Source: Nannocystales bacterium (GTDB lineage Bacteria > Myxococcota_A > Polyangia > Nannocystales > Nannocystaceae). Taken from it: a stretch of DNA of 64,000 bases. Under the pieces are notes generated by a model. That model was not told where the DNA came from. It ran no database searches and saw only the letters and a program-made list of their open reading frames with translations. Positions 29,249-38,337 of this stretch are shown in pieces. Position 1 is the first letter of the stretch. Each line of letters starts with the position of its first letter. Location: positions 288,001 to 352,000 of the forward strand of contig JBOEGF010000005.1 of NCBI GenBank assembly GCA_050633305.1, in the 5' to 3' direction. Both the position numbers and the translations under genes were made by a program.

Positions 29249-31378
29249 ATGCGATTCTCGAGCGCAACAGCGCTGGCGGTGGCGTGCCTCCTGTCAGGCT
29301 GTGGTCCCAAGCATGCGGACACGACTTCGCCCGAGCCAGCGCCGGCCACCACCCCGACGGAGGAGGAGGCGACGTCGCTGGGCACTCGAGCTGCGGAGCA
29401 TCCCGGGGTCGCACACTCGGCCAGCATCGATGCGGTCGCCATCGATCCAACCGGAGTCGCCGCGCTCACCCGAGATACCGTCGGGGGTCTACGGCTATGG
29501 ACTGCGCTGGACGGCTCTGCGGAGCCCCAGGTGGTGCCGATCTCCAATCCTCGCTCGATGGCCGTGTTGCAGGCGGGCAAGGACCGCTTCGTTGTCTTGG
29601 CTGTTGAGGCATCTGGAGGCGCCCGCTTCGTTTCGATGCGCTCCGACGGCCACGCGAAGGACATCGTCGCCCTACCGCCGTTCAACCCCGTGCTGCAAGT
29701 GGCGGCACTTCAAGGGGACCACGGCGGACAGTTCGTCGCGCTGATGAAGGACGGCTCGATTCGGCTGTTCGACCTGCAAGGGGAGGAGCGCGCGAGCTTC
29801 GACGACAAGGGCTTTCAGCCCAGCTCGATCCGAGCCAGTACGAACGGGAAGCATCTTCTCGCGCTCACTGAGATGGACCGGGTCGGGGCGGATGCAAGAG
29901 CAGAGGTCCAGCGGGTATCGGTCGGCGGACCCGCCGAAACTCTGACGCTCGAGCGCAGCGGCGTCCCTCAGATCGTCAAGACCACGGCCTCCATTACCGA
30001 CACCACGGTGACGTTCTCTCCGGACGGTACGGAGGTCGCAGTCCTCGCTCGAGCGACCTCGGCTGCGTGGGAGATCGAAGTGTACGACTTGGGCGCTGAC
30101 GCCGAGCCAACGAAGATCGAGGTCAAGTTCAGCCAGCATCAGCAGCCGCACCTGGGCTACACGAGCAAGGACAAGCTGTTGGTGTCCTCGAACGAGGGCA
30201 CGCTCTCGCAGCTCGTGGACACCGCCGAGTCCACCGTCCGGCTGCGCACCTCGATCCCGCAGGACTTCAACCACCAAGGGCGTGCTCAGGTGTCCGCGGG
30301 TGGGCGTCAGATCCTGGCCTACGGAACGTTCCTCTTCGTCCACGATGTGGCCGACAGGCAGCATCGGTTTCTCGGATACACGGCGACGCAGGGCAGCGGC
30401 GTCGGCTTGTCTCCCAACGGGGCCTATGTCGCGTGGGCCTATGCGCAAGGTCCGGTCGTCGTGGAGGCGATCGACGGGGCCACCGATACGGTGGAGGTCG
30501 ACTACGGCAACAACAACTTCGCGGGGACGCGGGTCCGCTTTCTCGACGACGACCACATCATCATCATTGACTCGACCGGTGAGGTCACGCTGTGGCACTG
30601 GCCGTCCAAGACCACGATCGGGCGAGCGGGCACGATGTCGAACGTCCGCAACGTGCACATGGACCCCGCGCAAGGGATTCTCGCACTCGAGCGCCACACC
30701 AACGAGGTTTGGGTGTACGAGGTCAGCGTCCAAGACGGCTTCGAGGGCCCCTACATCGTCGGCGACACGTCGCGTTCAGGTCTCGTGCGGCCGAAGCCCC
30801 CCTCGGATGTGGTCCTGTGGAGCATGCAAGCGTCGACCGGCAAGGTCCGAGAGTTCACGCTCGACCAGCTCCGGTCGGACATGACCACCGCGGAGTCCGA
30901 CGCGCTTGGTGTCGCATTGGTGTCCGGTCAGTCGCCGCCGCTTGCCGTGGACCCATACGGGCGTCAGTACGGCGTGCGCTGGAATGGAAAGTCCCTCGAG
31001 CTGTTCATCGTGCGGGGGAAGGAGACGCTGGGAGCGAGGACGATGTCGAGCAACGACATCAATCAGATCTTGCCCTCTCCACAGGGAGATCGCTTCTTGG
31101 CTGTTCTCAACCGGTCCGGGTCGGTGAGTGTCGCGATGCACGACACCGAAACGATGGAGTCTCAGTGGAGCTACGCCACGGGTGTGTTCAACTCGGACAC
31201 GGCATGGAGTGACGACGGTCGTTATGTCGCTTTCTCGGCGAATACGGGCGCTGTGCTGCTCGACGCGGAGAGCGGCGAGCCCGTGCTGTCTCGATGTGGT
31301 CTGCGGTTCTCCGCCCTGGGCGCACCTCCGAGCACGGCTTTCTCCGCGCCTAACCAGAAGAGCCTCTGCGAGCTGTGA
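29249..31378 (+). CDS. WD40/beta-propeller lipoprotein
   Basis: LLSGC lipobox and repeated FSPDG/LSPNG/WSDDG blades. Confidence 0.8.
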   Translation: MRFSSATALAVACLLSGCGPKHADTTSPEPAPATTPTEEEATSLGTRAAEHPGVAHSASIDAVAIDPTGVAALTRDTVGGLRLWTALDGSAEPQVVPISNPRSMAVLQAGKDRFVVLAVEASGGARFVSMRSDGHAKDIVALPPFNPVLQVAALQGDHGGQFVALMKDGSIRLFDLQGEERASFDDKGFQPSSIRASTNGKHLLALTEMDRVGADARAEVQRVSVGGPAETLTLERSGVPQIVKTTASITDTTVTFSPDGTEVAVLARATSAAWEIEVYDLGADAEPTKIEVKFSQHQQPHLGYTSKDKLLVSSNEGTLSQLVDTAESTVRLRTSIPQDFNHQGRAQVSAGGRQILAYGTFLFVHDVADRQHRFLGYTATQGSGVGLSPNGAYVAWAYAQGPVVVEAIDGATDTVEVDYGNNNFAGTRVRFLDDDHIIIIDSTGEVTLWHWPSKTTIGRAGTMSNVRNVHMDPAQGILALERHTNEVWVYEVSVQDGFEGPYIVGDTSRSGLVRPKPPSDVVLWSMQASTGKVREFTLDQLRSDMTTAESDALGVALVSGQSPPLAVDPYGRQYGVRWNGKSLELFIVRGKETLGARTMSSNDINQILPSPQGDRFLAVLNRSGSVSVAMHDTETMESQWSYATGVFNSDTAWSDDGRYVAFSANTGAVLLDAESGEPVLSRCGLRFSALGAPPSTAFSAPNQKSLCEL

Positions 31379-31411
31379 GGCTACTCCGTCGGTTCGTTTC
31401 GCCGCGCGCTC

Positions 31412-31429
31412 GTGTCACTGACCTGTCAC
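31412..31429 (+). promoter_or_regulatory. Pho box (PhoB binding site) upstream of phoB
   Basis: GTGTCAC-tgac-CTGTCAC: two direct heptamers 11 bp apart matching the CTGTCAY consensus. A -10-like TATGGT lies at 31451-31456. Confidence 0.75.
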
Positions 31430-31468
31430 ACCTGACCCGGAGTCCGGCGTTATGGTGTGGCACTTCCC

Positions 31469-32167
31469 ATGAGCGGGACCATTCTCATCGTCGACGACGA
31501 GGCCGATATTCGGTCGACTGTAGAGTTCAACCTCTCTCGAGAGGGCTTCCGAACGGTGACGGCGGGGTTGGGCCGTGAAGCGGTCGAACGTGCAGCTGAC
31601 ACGCCACGGCCAGATCTGATCGTGCTCGACCTCATGCTCCCCGACATCTCGGGGACCGAGGTGTGTCGTCAGCTCCGTCAGTCCCCCAAAACACGAAGCA
31701 TTCCAATCCTCATGCTCACCGCCAAGACCGACGCGATCGACCGAGTCGTCGGGTTCGAGGTCGGCGCGGACGACTACGTCACCAAGCCATTCAGCGTGCG
31801 CGAGTTGGTGCTCCGGGTGAAGGCGATTCTTCGCCGATCCGGGTCCATCGAGGAACCCGCCGAAAACCTCAACATCGGGGTGCTTCGCATCGACGTCGAG
31901 GGGCACCGGGTTTGGATCGAAGGTGAAGAGGTCGTGCTCACGGCTCTCGAGTTCCGCCTGCTCACCACGCTGGTCAAGCGGCGCGGTCGGGTCCAGACCC
32001 GCGAGGCTCTGCTCAACCACGTCTGGGAGATGAGCGGCGATGTCACCACCCGCACCGTCGACACCCATGTACGACGGCTCCGCAAGAAGCTGGGAGCTGC
32101 GAGTGAGTACGTCGAGACCCTGCGCGGCGTTGGGTACCGGTTCCGGCCCGAGGTTCCGACCTCCTAG
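31469..32167 (+). CDS. phoB: Phosphate regulon response regulator (OmpR family)
   Basis: LIVLDLMLP, MLTAK, GADDYVTKPFS, RTVDTHVRRLRKKL, ETLRGVGY. First gene of phoB-phoR-phoU. Confidence 0.85.
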   Translation: MSGTILIVDDEADIRSTVEFNLSREGFRTVTAGLGREAVERAADTPRPDLIVLDLMLPDISGTEVCRQLRQSPKTRSIPILMLTAKTDAIDRVVGFEVGADDYVTKPFSVRELVLRVKAILRRSGSIEEPAENLNIGVLRIDVEGHRVWIEGEEVVLTALEFRLLTTLVKRRGRVQTREALLNHVWEMSGDVTTRTVDTHVRRLRKKLGAASEYVETLRGVGYRFRPEVPTS

Positions 32168-32172
32168 GCTTC

Positions 32173-33939
32173 ATGTCCCTGGGGTTCCGCGGCAAGCTCT
32201 TCCTGCTGGCGGCGCTGATGATCGTCGTGGTCGTCGGTTCCGTCGGTTTCTACGTGGAGCATTCGGTCGAGGCTTCCTTGGAGTCGCGGCTCGAACTGGA
32301 GCTGTTCCGCCACGCGAAGAACACTGGCGTCCTGCTGGAACACCGCGGGGATGGAGATGATCTTGACGCTGTGGCGGATCGGGTCGCGAGCGCGACGCGG
32401 TCTGAGATCTGGATCTTCAACCTCGAAGGAAAACCGGTCGGGAGCTCGGTGTTGGCACCGCTCGAGCTCCAGCAGCTCGCGCGGGCCTCGCTCGACCCCG
32501 AAGTTGAGCAGGCCGGGCAGCTCGACCGCGCGGTGAGCATTCGAACGGACGCTGGTGGCGGGCGAAATCTGTTCGTGGCCGTGATGGTGGCCGCCCCCGA
32601 ACAAGCCGTTATCGTCCGGGCGTCCGCGTCGCTGGCTGGCGTGGCCCAGACGGTTCGGCAGCTTCGTATGGCGGCAGGCTTCGCCGGTCTGGCGGGCCTC
32701 GGGATCGCCGGTATCCTGCTCACAGCGGTCGGCAGCCAGGTCGAGCGCGCGCTCAAGCCGGTTGTTTCGTCTGCCGCAGCCGCGAAGGGAGTGGAGTCGG
32801 TCGATCGGGAGTCGGCGCATGGCGAGGACGGGCCGCAGAGTCTCCGCACGGTCGCGGTCGACCTCGAGCGGACGATGGGCGCGCTCTCAACCGAGCGCAA
32901 CCGGTTCGAGGCGGTGCTTCAGACGCTCGAGCAGGCGGTGCTGGTCCTGGACGTGGACGAGAAGCTGATCACGGTCAATCGCGCCGCGTATCGCCTGTTG
33001 TCCCTGCCCGAGCGTGCGGTGGGACGGAGCTTGCTGGAGGCGGTCCGAGTGCCTCGTCTCAAGGCGCTGGCAGCCGCAGCAGCCGACGGCGGCACCCACA
33101 ACGACGAATTCGAGCTCCCGTCCGGCCTGCGGGTCGATGTGCGTGCAACGCGTCATGAGGACGAAGGCGTGGTGATCGTCGCGCAGGACATCACCGAGGT
33201 CCGCCACCTCGAGCGGGTCCGCCGAGACTTCGTCGCGAACGTCTCCCACGAGCTCCGAACACCGATCAGCGTGATTCGGGCCAACGCGGAAACGCTGCTC
33301 GATGGGGCGCTGGACGAGCCGAAGATCGCTCGGAAGTTCGTTGAGGCGACGCACCGGCACTCTGATCGGCTGGGCCGGATCGTCAGCGATCTGCTCGATA
33401 TCTCGCGTATCGAGGCGGGCCGATACTCGCTCAACCCATCGAATCTGAACGTCGGCGACGTCGTGGATCAGGTGCTCGACCTGGTCGAATCGAACGCGAC
33501 CGAGAAGGGGATCGAACTTTCGGTTACGATCGAGCCCGAACTCGACATGTACGCCGACCGCAAGGCGATGGAGCACATCCTCATCAACCTCGTCTCCAAC
33601 GCGTTCAAATACACGCCGGAGAACGGGAAGGTTGAGGTGACAGCCCACGCCCCCACGCCCAACAGGATCCGCATCGAGGTGCTCGACGATGGGCCAGGGA
33701 TCGATCCCGCCCACCGGGAGCGCATCTTCGAGAGGTTCTTCCGCGTCGATTCCGGTCGATCGCGAGATATGGGCGGGACGGGGCTGGGGCTGTCGATCGT
33801 GAAGAACCTCGTCGAGGCACAGCGCGGCGAGGTTGGGGTCGACCCTCGCAGCCCGAACGGGTCTGTATTCTGGTTCACCCTGCCTGCCGCTCGCCCGACG
33901 AGCTTCGAATCCGACGCTCCGGAGACAGCAACGTCATGA
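32173..33939 (+). CDS. phoR: Phosphate regulon sensor histidine kinase
   Basis: 2 TM, PAS, RRDFVANVSHELRTP, NLVSNAFKY, FERFFRVD..RSR..GGTGLGL. Confidence 0.88.
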   Translation: MSLGFRGKLFLLAALMIVVVVGSVGFYVEHSVEASLESRLELELFRHAKNTGVLLEHRGDGDDLDAVADRVASATRSEIWIFNLEGKPVGSSVLAPLELQQLARASLDPEVEQAGQLDRAVSIRTDAGGGRNLFVAVMVAAPEQAVIVRASASLAGVAQTVRQLRMAAGFAGLAGLGIAGILLTAVGSQVERALKPVVSSAAAAKGVESVDRESAHGEDGPQSLRTVAVDLERTMGALSTERNRFEAVLQTLEQAVLVLDVDEKLITVNRAAYRLLSLPERAVGRSLLEAVRVPRLKALAAAAADGGTHNDEFELPSGLRVDVRATRHEDEGVVIVAQDITEVRHLERVRRDFVANVSHELRTPISVIRANAETLLDGALDEPKIARKFVEATHRHSDRLGRIVSDLLDISRIEAGRYSLNPSNLNVGDVVDQVLDLVESNATEKGIELSVTIEPELDMYADRKAMEHILINLVSNAFKYTPENGKVEVTAHAPTPNRIRIEVLDDGPGIDPAHRERIFERFFRVDSGRSRDMGGTGLGLSIVKNLVEAQRGEVGVDPRSPNGSVFWFTLPAARPTSFESDAPETATS

Positions 33940-33976
33940 AGACGTGGCATTGCGGTCACTTTGAAGGCGGCAGAGT

Positions 33977-34669
33977 TTGGCAATATGCCAGGCGGTGCTC
34001 CCTTTGACTCCAGTCGCGCGGAAGTTCGAGACCGAACTGAGCAGCCTCCGCGAGGAGCTGTTGCTCATGGCGGGTCGCGTGGAGGAGATGATTCACCGCG
34101 CCGGGCGTGCGCTGGTGCAGCGGGACGTGAAGCTGGCCAAGGAGACGATCGCGCTCGATCGGGCCGTGAACCGGGCCGAAGTCGACATCGACGAGCGGTG
34201 CATCGATATCTTGGCGCGCTTCCAGCCGATGGCGAAGGAACTCCGGTTCGTCACCCTGGCCATGAAGATGGTGACCGATCTGGAGCGCATCGCAGACCTC
34301 GCGGTCAACATCTGTGAGCGAGCGATCGACCTCAAGCGGGCCGACCGGATCGTCGTTCACGCGGATATCCCCCTGATGACCAGCCTCGTTCAGCAACAGG
34401 TCGCAGGTGCTATCGATGCGTTCGTCAACGGGGACCCGAGTAAGGCCTGGGAAGTGCTGGAGAACGACGACGAGGTCGATCTGCTCTACCACCGCGTGTT
34501 CGAGGACACGCTGGAGCGGATGCGAAGCGACTCGGAGCAGGTTCACCAGCTGATCCACGTGCAATCGGTGGCGAAGTGGCTCGAGCGCATGGGCGACCAC
34601 AGCACGAACCTGGCCGAGCTCGTCATCTTCATGATCGAAGGCCGGGACATCCGGCACCCCGGCTCGTAG
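33977..34669 (+). CDS. phoU: Phosphate signalling complex protein PhoU (start uncertain)
   Basis: QPMAKELR...DLERIADLAVNI and DDEVD...LERMGDHSTNLAE...G.DIRH. Confidence 0.95.
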   Translation: MAICQAVLPLTPVARKFETELSSLREELLLMAGRVEEMIHRAGRALVQRDVKLAKETIALDRAVNRAEVDIDERCIDILARFQPMAKELRFVTLAMKMVTDLERIADLAVNICERAIDLKRADRIVVHADIPLMTSLVQQQVAGAIDAFVNGDPSKAWEVLENDDEVDLLYHRVFEDTLERMRSDSEQVHQLIHVQSVAKWLERMGDHSTNLAELVIFMIEGRDIRHPGS

Positions 34670-35103
34670 CGACCCGTCCCAAGGGACGTGTCCTCGAGGC
34701 GGCTTGGTTCGTGCCCTGGATTGGGGCGGAGATCCGGCGGCCATCGAGAGTCGCGGATTCCGGCCTCCTCGAGCGAGCGGCGGGCAGTCGATGCCCCGAG
34801 CCTGCGCCACGACCGACTGTCGAGGACGAGAGCGTCGGGACGAGGAATACAGCCAGACCTGAAGGTCTTGCACAAGTTGCGCAAATGCGGCCGCCACTGA
34901 GTCTCGGCAACAGGGGGCCGAGCTATCGACGCGTATGGCCAACACGCGCACGTGCCTCCTCCCCACCGTCGCAATCCTGGTCTCACCGCTCGCGGGTGCG
35001 TGTCGCCCAATCGAAGGTCGTGCCTGCTCGCAGCCGCCCTCGTAGCGGCCGCCGAGGAGCAGACGCTGAGGAACCAACCACCGGTGAAGTCGAAAAGGAA
35101 ACA

Positions 35104-36051
35104 ATGAACCACGCATCTCAACAATTGTCGTCATCGATGTCCTCGCAGGTTCTCGCGGAGCCGATTGTCCTGCTCCGCGTCCCCGACGACCGGACCGCGG
35201 AGGACCTGGACTCCAGCGATCGCCCGATCCGCAACGTGAGCGACTCGACGATGCGACGCGTCCGTGAATACGCGGGGTACCCCACCCCCGAACTGGAGCG
35301 GTTGTTCGACCGCGAGGTCCAGGTGGGAGGTGCTCTGGGGCGCCGGATGCTTCGGGATTGGAACACCAACGCGAACCCCATGCCTCAGCTGCGGGAGTAC
35401 GCCGAGCTGAACGAGGTCGTTCGCAACGCTCCGGCGTTTCGCGACGCAGCGACGGCATTCGAATCAGCCATCGGCGAGAACCTCCGCGTGCAGGCTTGCC
35501 AGGGGCACGTCAGCGCTTTCGATCTGGTGCCGAAAGACGGTCCAGAACGAGAGCGTTCCGAGATGTGGACACTCCAGCCCGATCGGCGGGCGGCCGGGAG
35601 TCGTGGACGGGGCCGAGAGAACTACGCTTGGAGGCGTGCCGTTGCGTCCGGACGATGCGTGGGGCCGCGGCCCGGCTCTGTCGTCTCCAACGGAGCCGCG
35701 AGTGGGCGGCGACTCCCAAGGCTACCGATACCCTGGTTCTCCCCCAGCATCCTCTGGGACCGAGTGTTGAAGATCTGTGTGGGGAACATCCAGGGGATGA
35801 CCGTACAACTTGCAAACTTTCGGTTCGATGGCCGCACGCGCCAATACTCTGGGGCGCTACGGTTTCACCTGGTCGATCACTTCGGCTTGGACGACGGAGA
35901 CTGCGAGCGAACCTTCAGCGGACTTCACGGAACACCGGGCCAGCTCGCGGGTTGGGTGTTGCAGCATCAGCGTCGCCCGGGGCACCGTCCTTTCCTGACC
36001 TCGATGCGAGTCGAGCGGCAGTTCCGAGGCTCCCTGCCGCCGATCCGGTGA
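35104..36051 (+). CDS. DUF3289-like protein
   Basis: AAAAGGAA RBS before ATG 35104. The C-terminus DHFGLDDGD...WVLQHQR..GHRPFLT matches the DUF3289 pattern. Confidence 0.65.
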   Translation: MNHASQQLSSSMSSQVLAEPIVLLRVPDDRTAEDLDSSDRPIRNVSDSTMRRVREYAGYPTPELERLFDREVQVGGALGRRMLRDWNTNANPMPQLREYAELNEVVRNAPAFRDAATAFESAIGENLRVQACQGHVSAFDLVPKDGPERERSEMWTLQPDRRAAGSRGRGRENYAWRRAVASGRCVGPRPGSVVSNGAASGRRLPRLPIPWFSPSILWDRVLKICVGNIQGMTVQLANFRFDGRTRQYSGALRFHLVDHFGLDDGDCERTFSGLHGTPGQLAGWVLQHQRRPGHRPFLTSMRVERQFRGSLPPIR

Positions 36052-36144
36052 GCGCCCGCAGTCGCATGCGTGAGGACCGGGTGCTCTCGTGTCCAGAGCT
36101 CGACACGCGACCGTCGCGTTGATCGAAGCGGTGTTCGAAAACGG

Positions 36145-37299
36145 CTAGCTGCCGGATTTGTCCCGATCCCACGCGACGTACAGCACCGACCCCACCACCG
36201 CCACGCTCGCGGCGGCAGAGAACATCGCGGTGTAGCTTGTCCGTTCCAGGACAAACCCCAGCGTTGGCGCGCCAACAAACAGCCCAAGATCGAACAGCGC
36301 AGTGAATGCTGCCAACGCCCGCCCGCGCTCATGGCCTGGCGCTCGCATGACGACAAGCGCGGAGGCGATCGGAAACGCATATCCGTGCCCAATCCCGCAC
36401 AGGACCCCCGCGACGACGGTCGAGGTGTCCGTGCCTCCGAACGCGAGCACCAGCAGACCAGCTGCCGCGGACCACACCGACGGTACGAGCACCGTCTTTG
36501 CGCCGACCCGGTCCGGCAACCATCCCAGGGCGAGTCGCAGTACCACCGCGGCAATCGTGTACGCGGTGAAGAACCCTCCGACGCTGCCAGCGCCGGTATC
36601 GTCCACGAACGTCTTCAAGAAGGTGAAGTACGAAGCGAGGGCGAAGGCGAAGCTGAACCCCACCAACCAGATCGGTCGGAGTGCTGGTGCCGATGCGGCG
36701 GCCAGGAATGAGCGCTTGGGCCCATCGGGAGCGTCGGGCTTGAGTTCGGGAAGTGTCAGCGCAGCGAGGGAGCCCAGCACAGCGGCCGCGACGGCCGCGA
36801 GGAAGAGCTCCTTGTAGCCCGCGACCGCAAGAACCTGGTCCCCGATCAGTCCCGCGAGCGACAGCGGGATCATCCCTGAGACGCCAAACAACGCCATGCC
36901 CTCCGCACGTCTCTCGGCGGGGATCACGTCGGCGGCGATGGTGAAGAACACAGAGAACAGCATGCCCTCCGCCACGCCGTGTCCGAGCCGCACGACGAAA
37001 AGCAGAGGCCCCACGTCGTCCACCAGCAAGTAGGCCGACGAGAACGCGATGTTCAACCCACTGCCAACCAGGGCCACGACCCGGCGACCTCGGGTGTCCA
37101 TGATGCGGCCGACGAGTGGGCGCGAAAGGATCGCCGAGACCGCCATGGCCGCCATGGCGAGCCCGATCGTGAAGTCATCCTCCGTGTGCACCCGCAAAAA
37201 CCCCGGGAGGTGCAGGAAGAAGAAGAACGACAGGCTGTGCATGAAGTTGGCCGCGAACCCGAGCACGAACGGGCGACTCAGGAGCGGGGGCCGACTCAC
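36145..37299 (-). CDS. MFS transporter
   Basis: 12 TM with motif A (GRIMDTRGRR, GWLPDRVGAK). Confidence 0.92.
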   Translation of the reverse strand: MSRPPLLSRPFVLGFAANFMHSLSFFFFLHLPGFLRVHTEDDFTIGLAMAAMAVSAILSRPLVGRIMDTRGRRVVALVGSGLNIAFSSAYLLVDDVGPLLFVVRLGHGVAEGMLFSVFFTIAADVIPAERRAEGMALFGVSGMIPLSLAGLIGDQVLAVAGYKELFLAAVAAAVLGSLAALTLPELKPDAPDGPKRSFLAAASAPALRPIWLVGFSFAFALASYFTFLKTFVDDTGAGSVGGFFTAYTIAAVVLRLALGWLPDRVGAKTVLVPSVWSAAAGLLVLAFGGTDTSTVVAGVLCGIGHGYAFPIASALVVMRAPGHERGRALAAFTALFDLGLFVGAPTLGFVLERTSYTAMFSAAASVAVVGSVLYVAWDRDKSGS

Positions 37300-37357
37300 C
37301 GGCTACCCTTGCCATGCTGGGGTGCGGGGTGCAATGCGCGGAGGTATGCTGCCGTGT

Positions 37358-37674
37358 ATGCCCGAACGGCAGCCGCCGCAGCGTTCTGAGACGATCCGCG
37401 ACTCTATCGCCAGGGAGCTTCGCGGGGGCTGGCTCTCCGCGCGCCAGCTCTCGAGCCTGGTCGGGATCTCGGAGAAGACCGTTCCGGGACACCTCGAACA
37501 CCTGAGAAAATCGGCGTCAGGCGCGGGCGAGACCTTCGAACTCGAGCCTGCCGTCTGCAGCAAGTGCGACTACGCGTTCGATGACCGCGACCGACTCTCG
37601 AAGCCGAGCCGCTGCCCAGCGTGCAAGGGACAACGCCTCGAGCCGCCTCGCTTCCGTCTTACGGCGGAGACCCC

Positions 37675-37678
<4 letters not shown>
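37358..37678 (+). CDS. HTH-zinc ribbon transcriptional regulator (COG3357-like)
   Basis: LSARQLS..VGISEKTV..HLEHL HTH followed by CSKC...KPSRCPAC...EPPRF. Confidence 0.82.
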
Positions 37679-38319
<641 letters not shown>

Positions 38320-38337
38320 ACATTTCAGGAGCCGCCG

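Noticed and set aside
34576..35103. N-terminal extension of the DUF3289-like ORF overlapping phoU
   Set aside because: Low-complexity Arg/Ser/Pro translation; a good RBS precedes ATG 35104.
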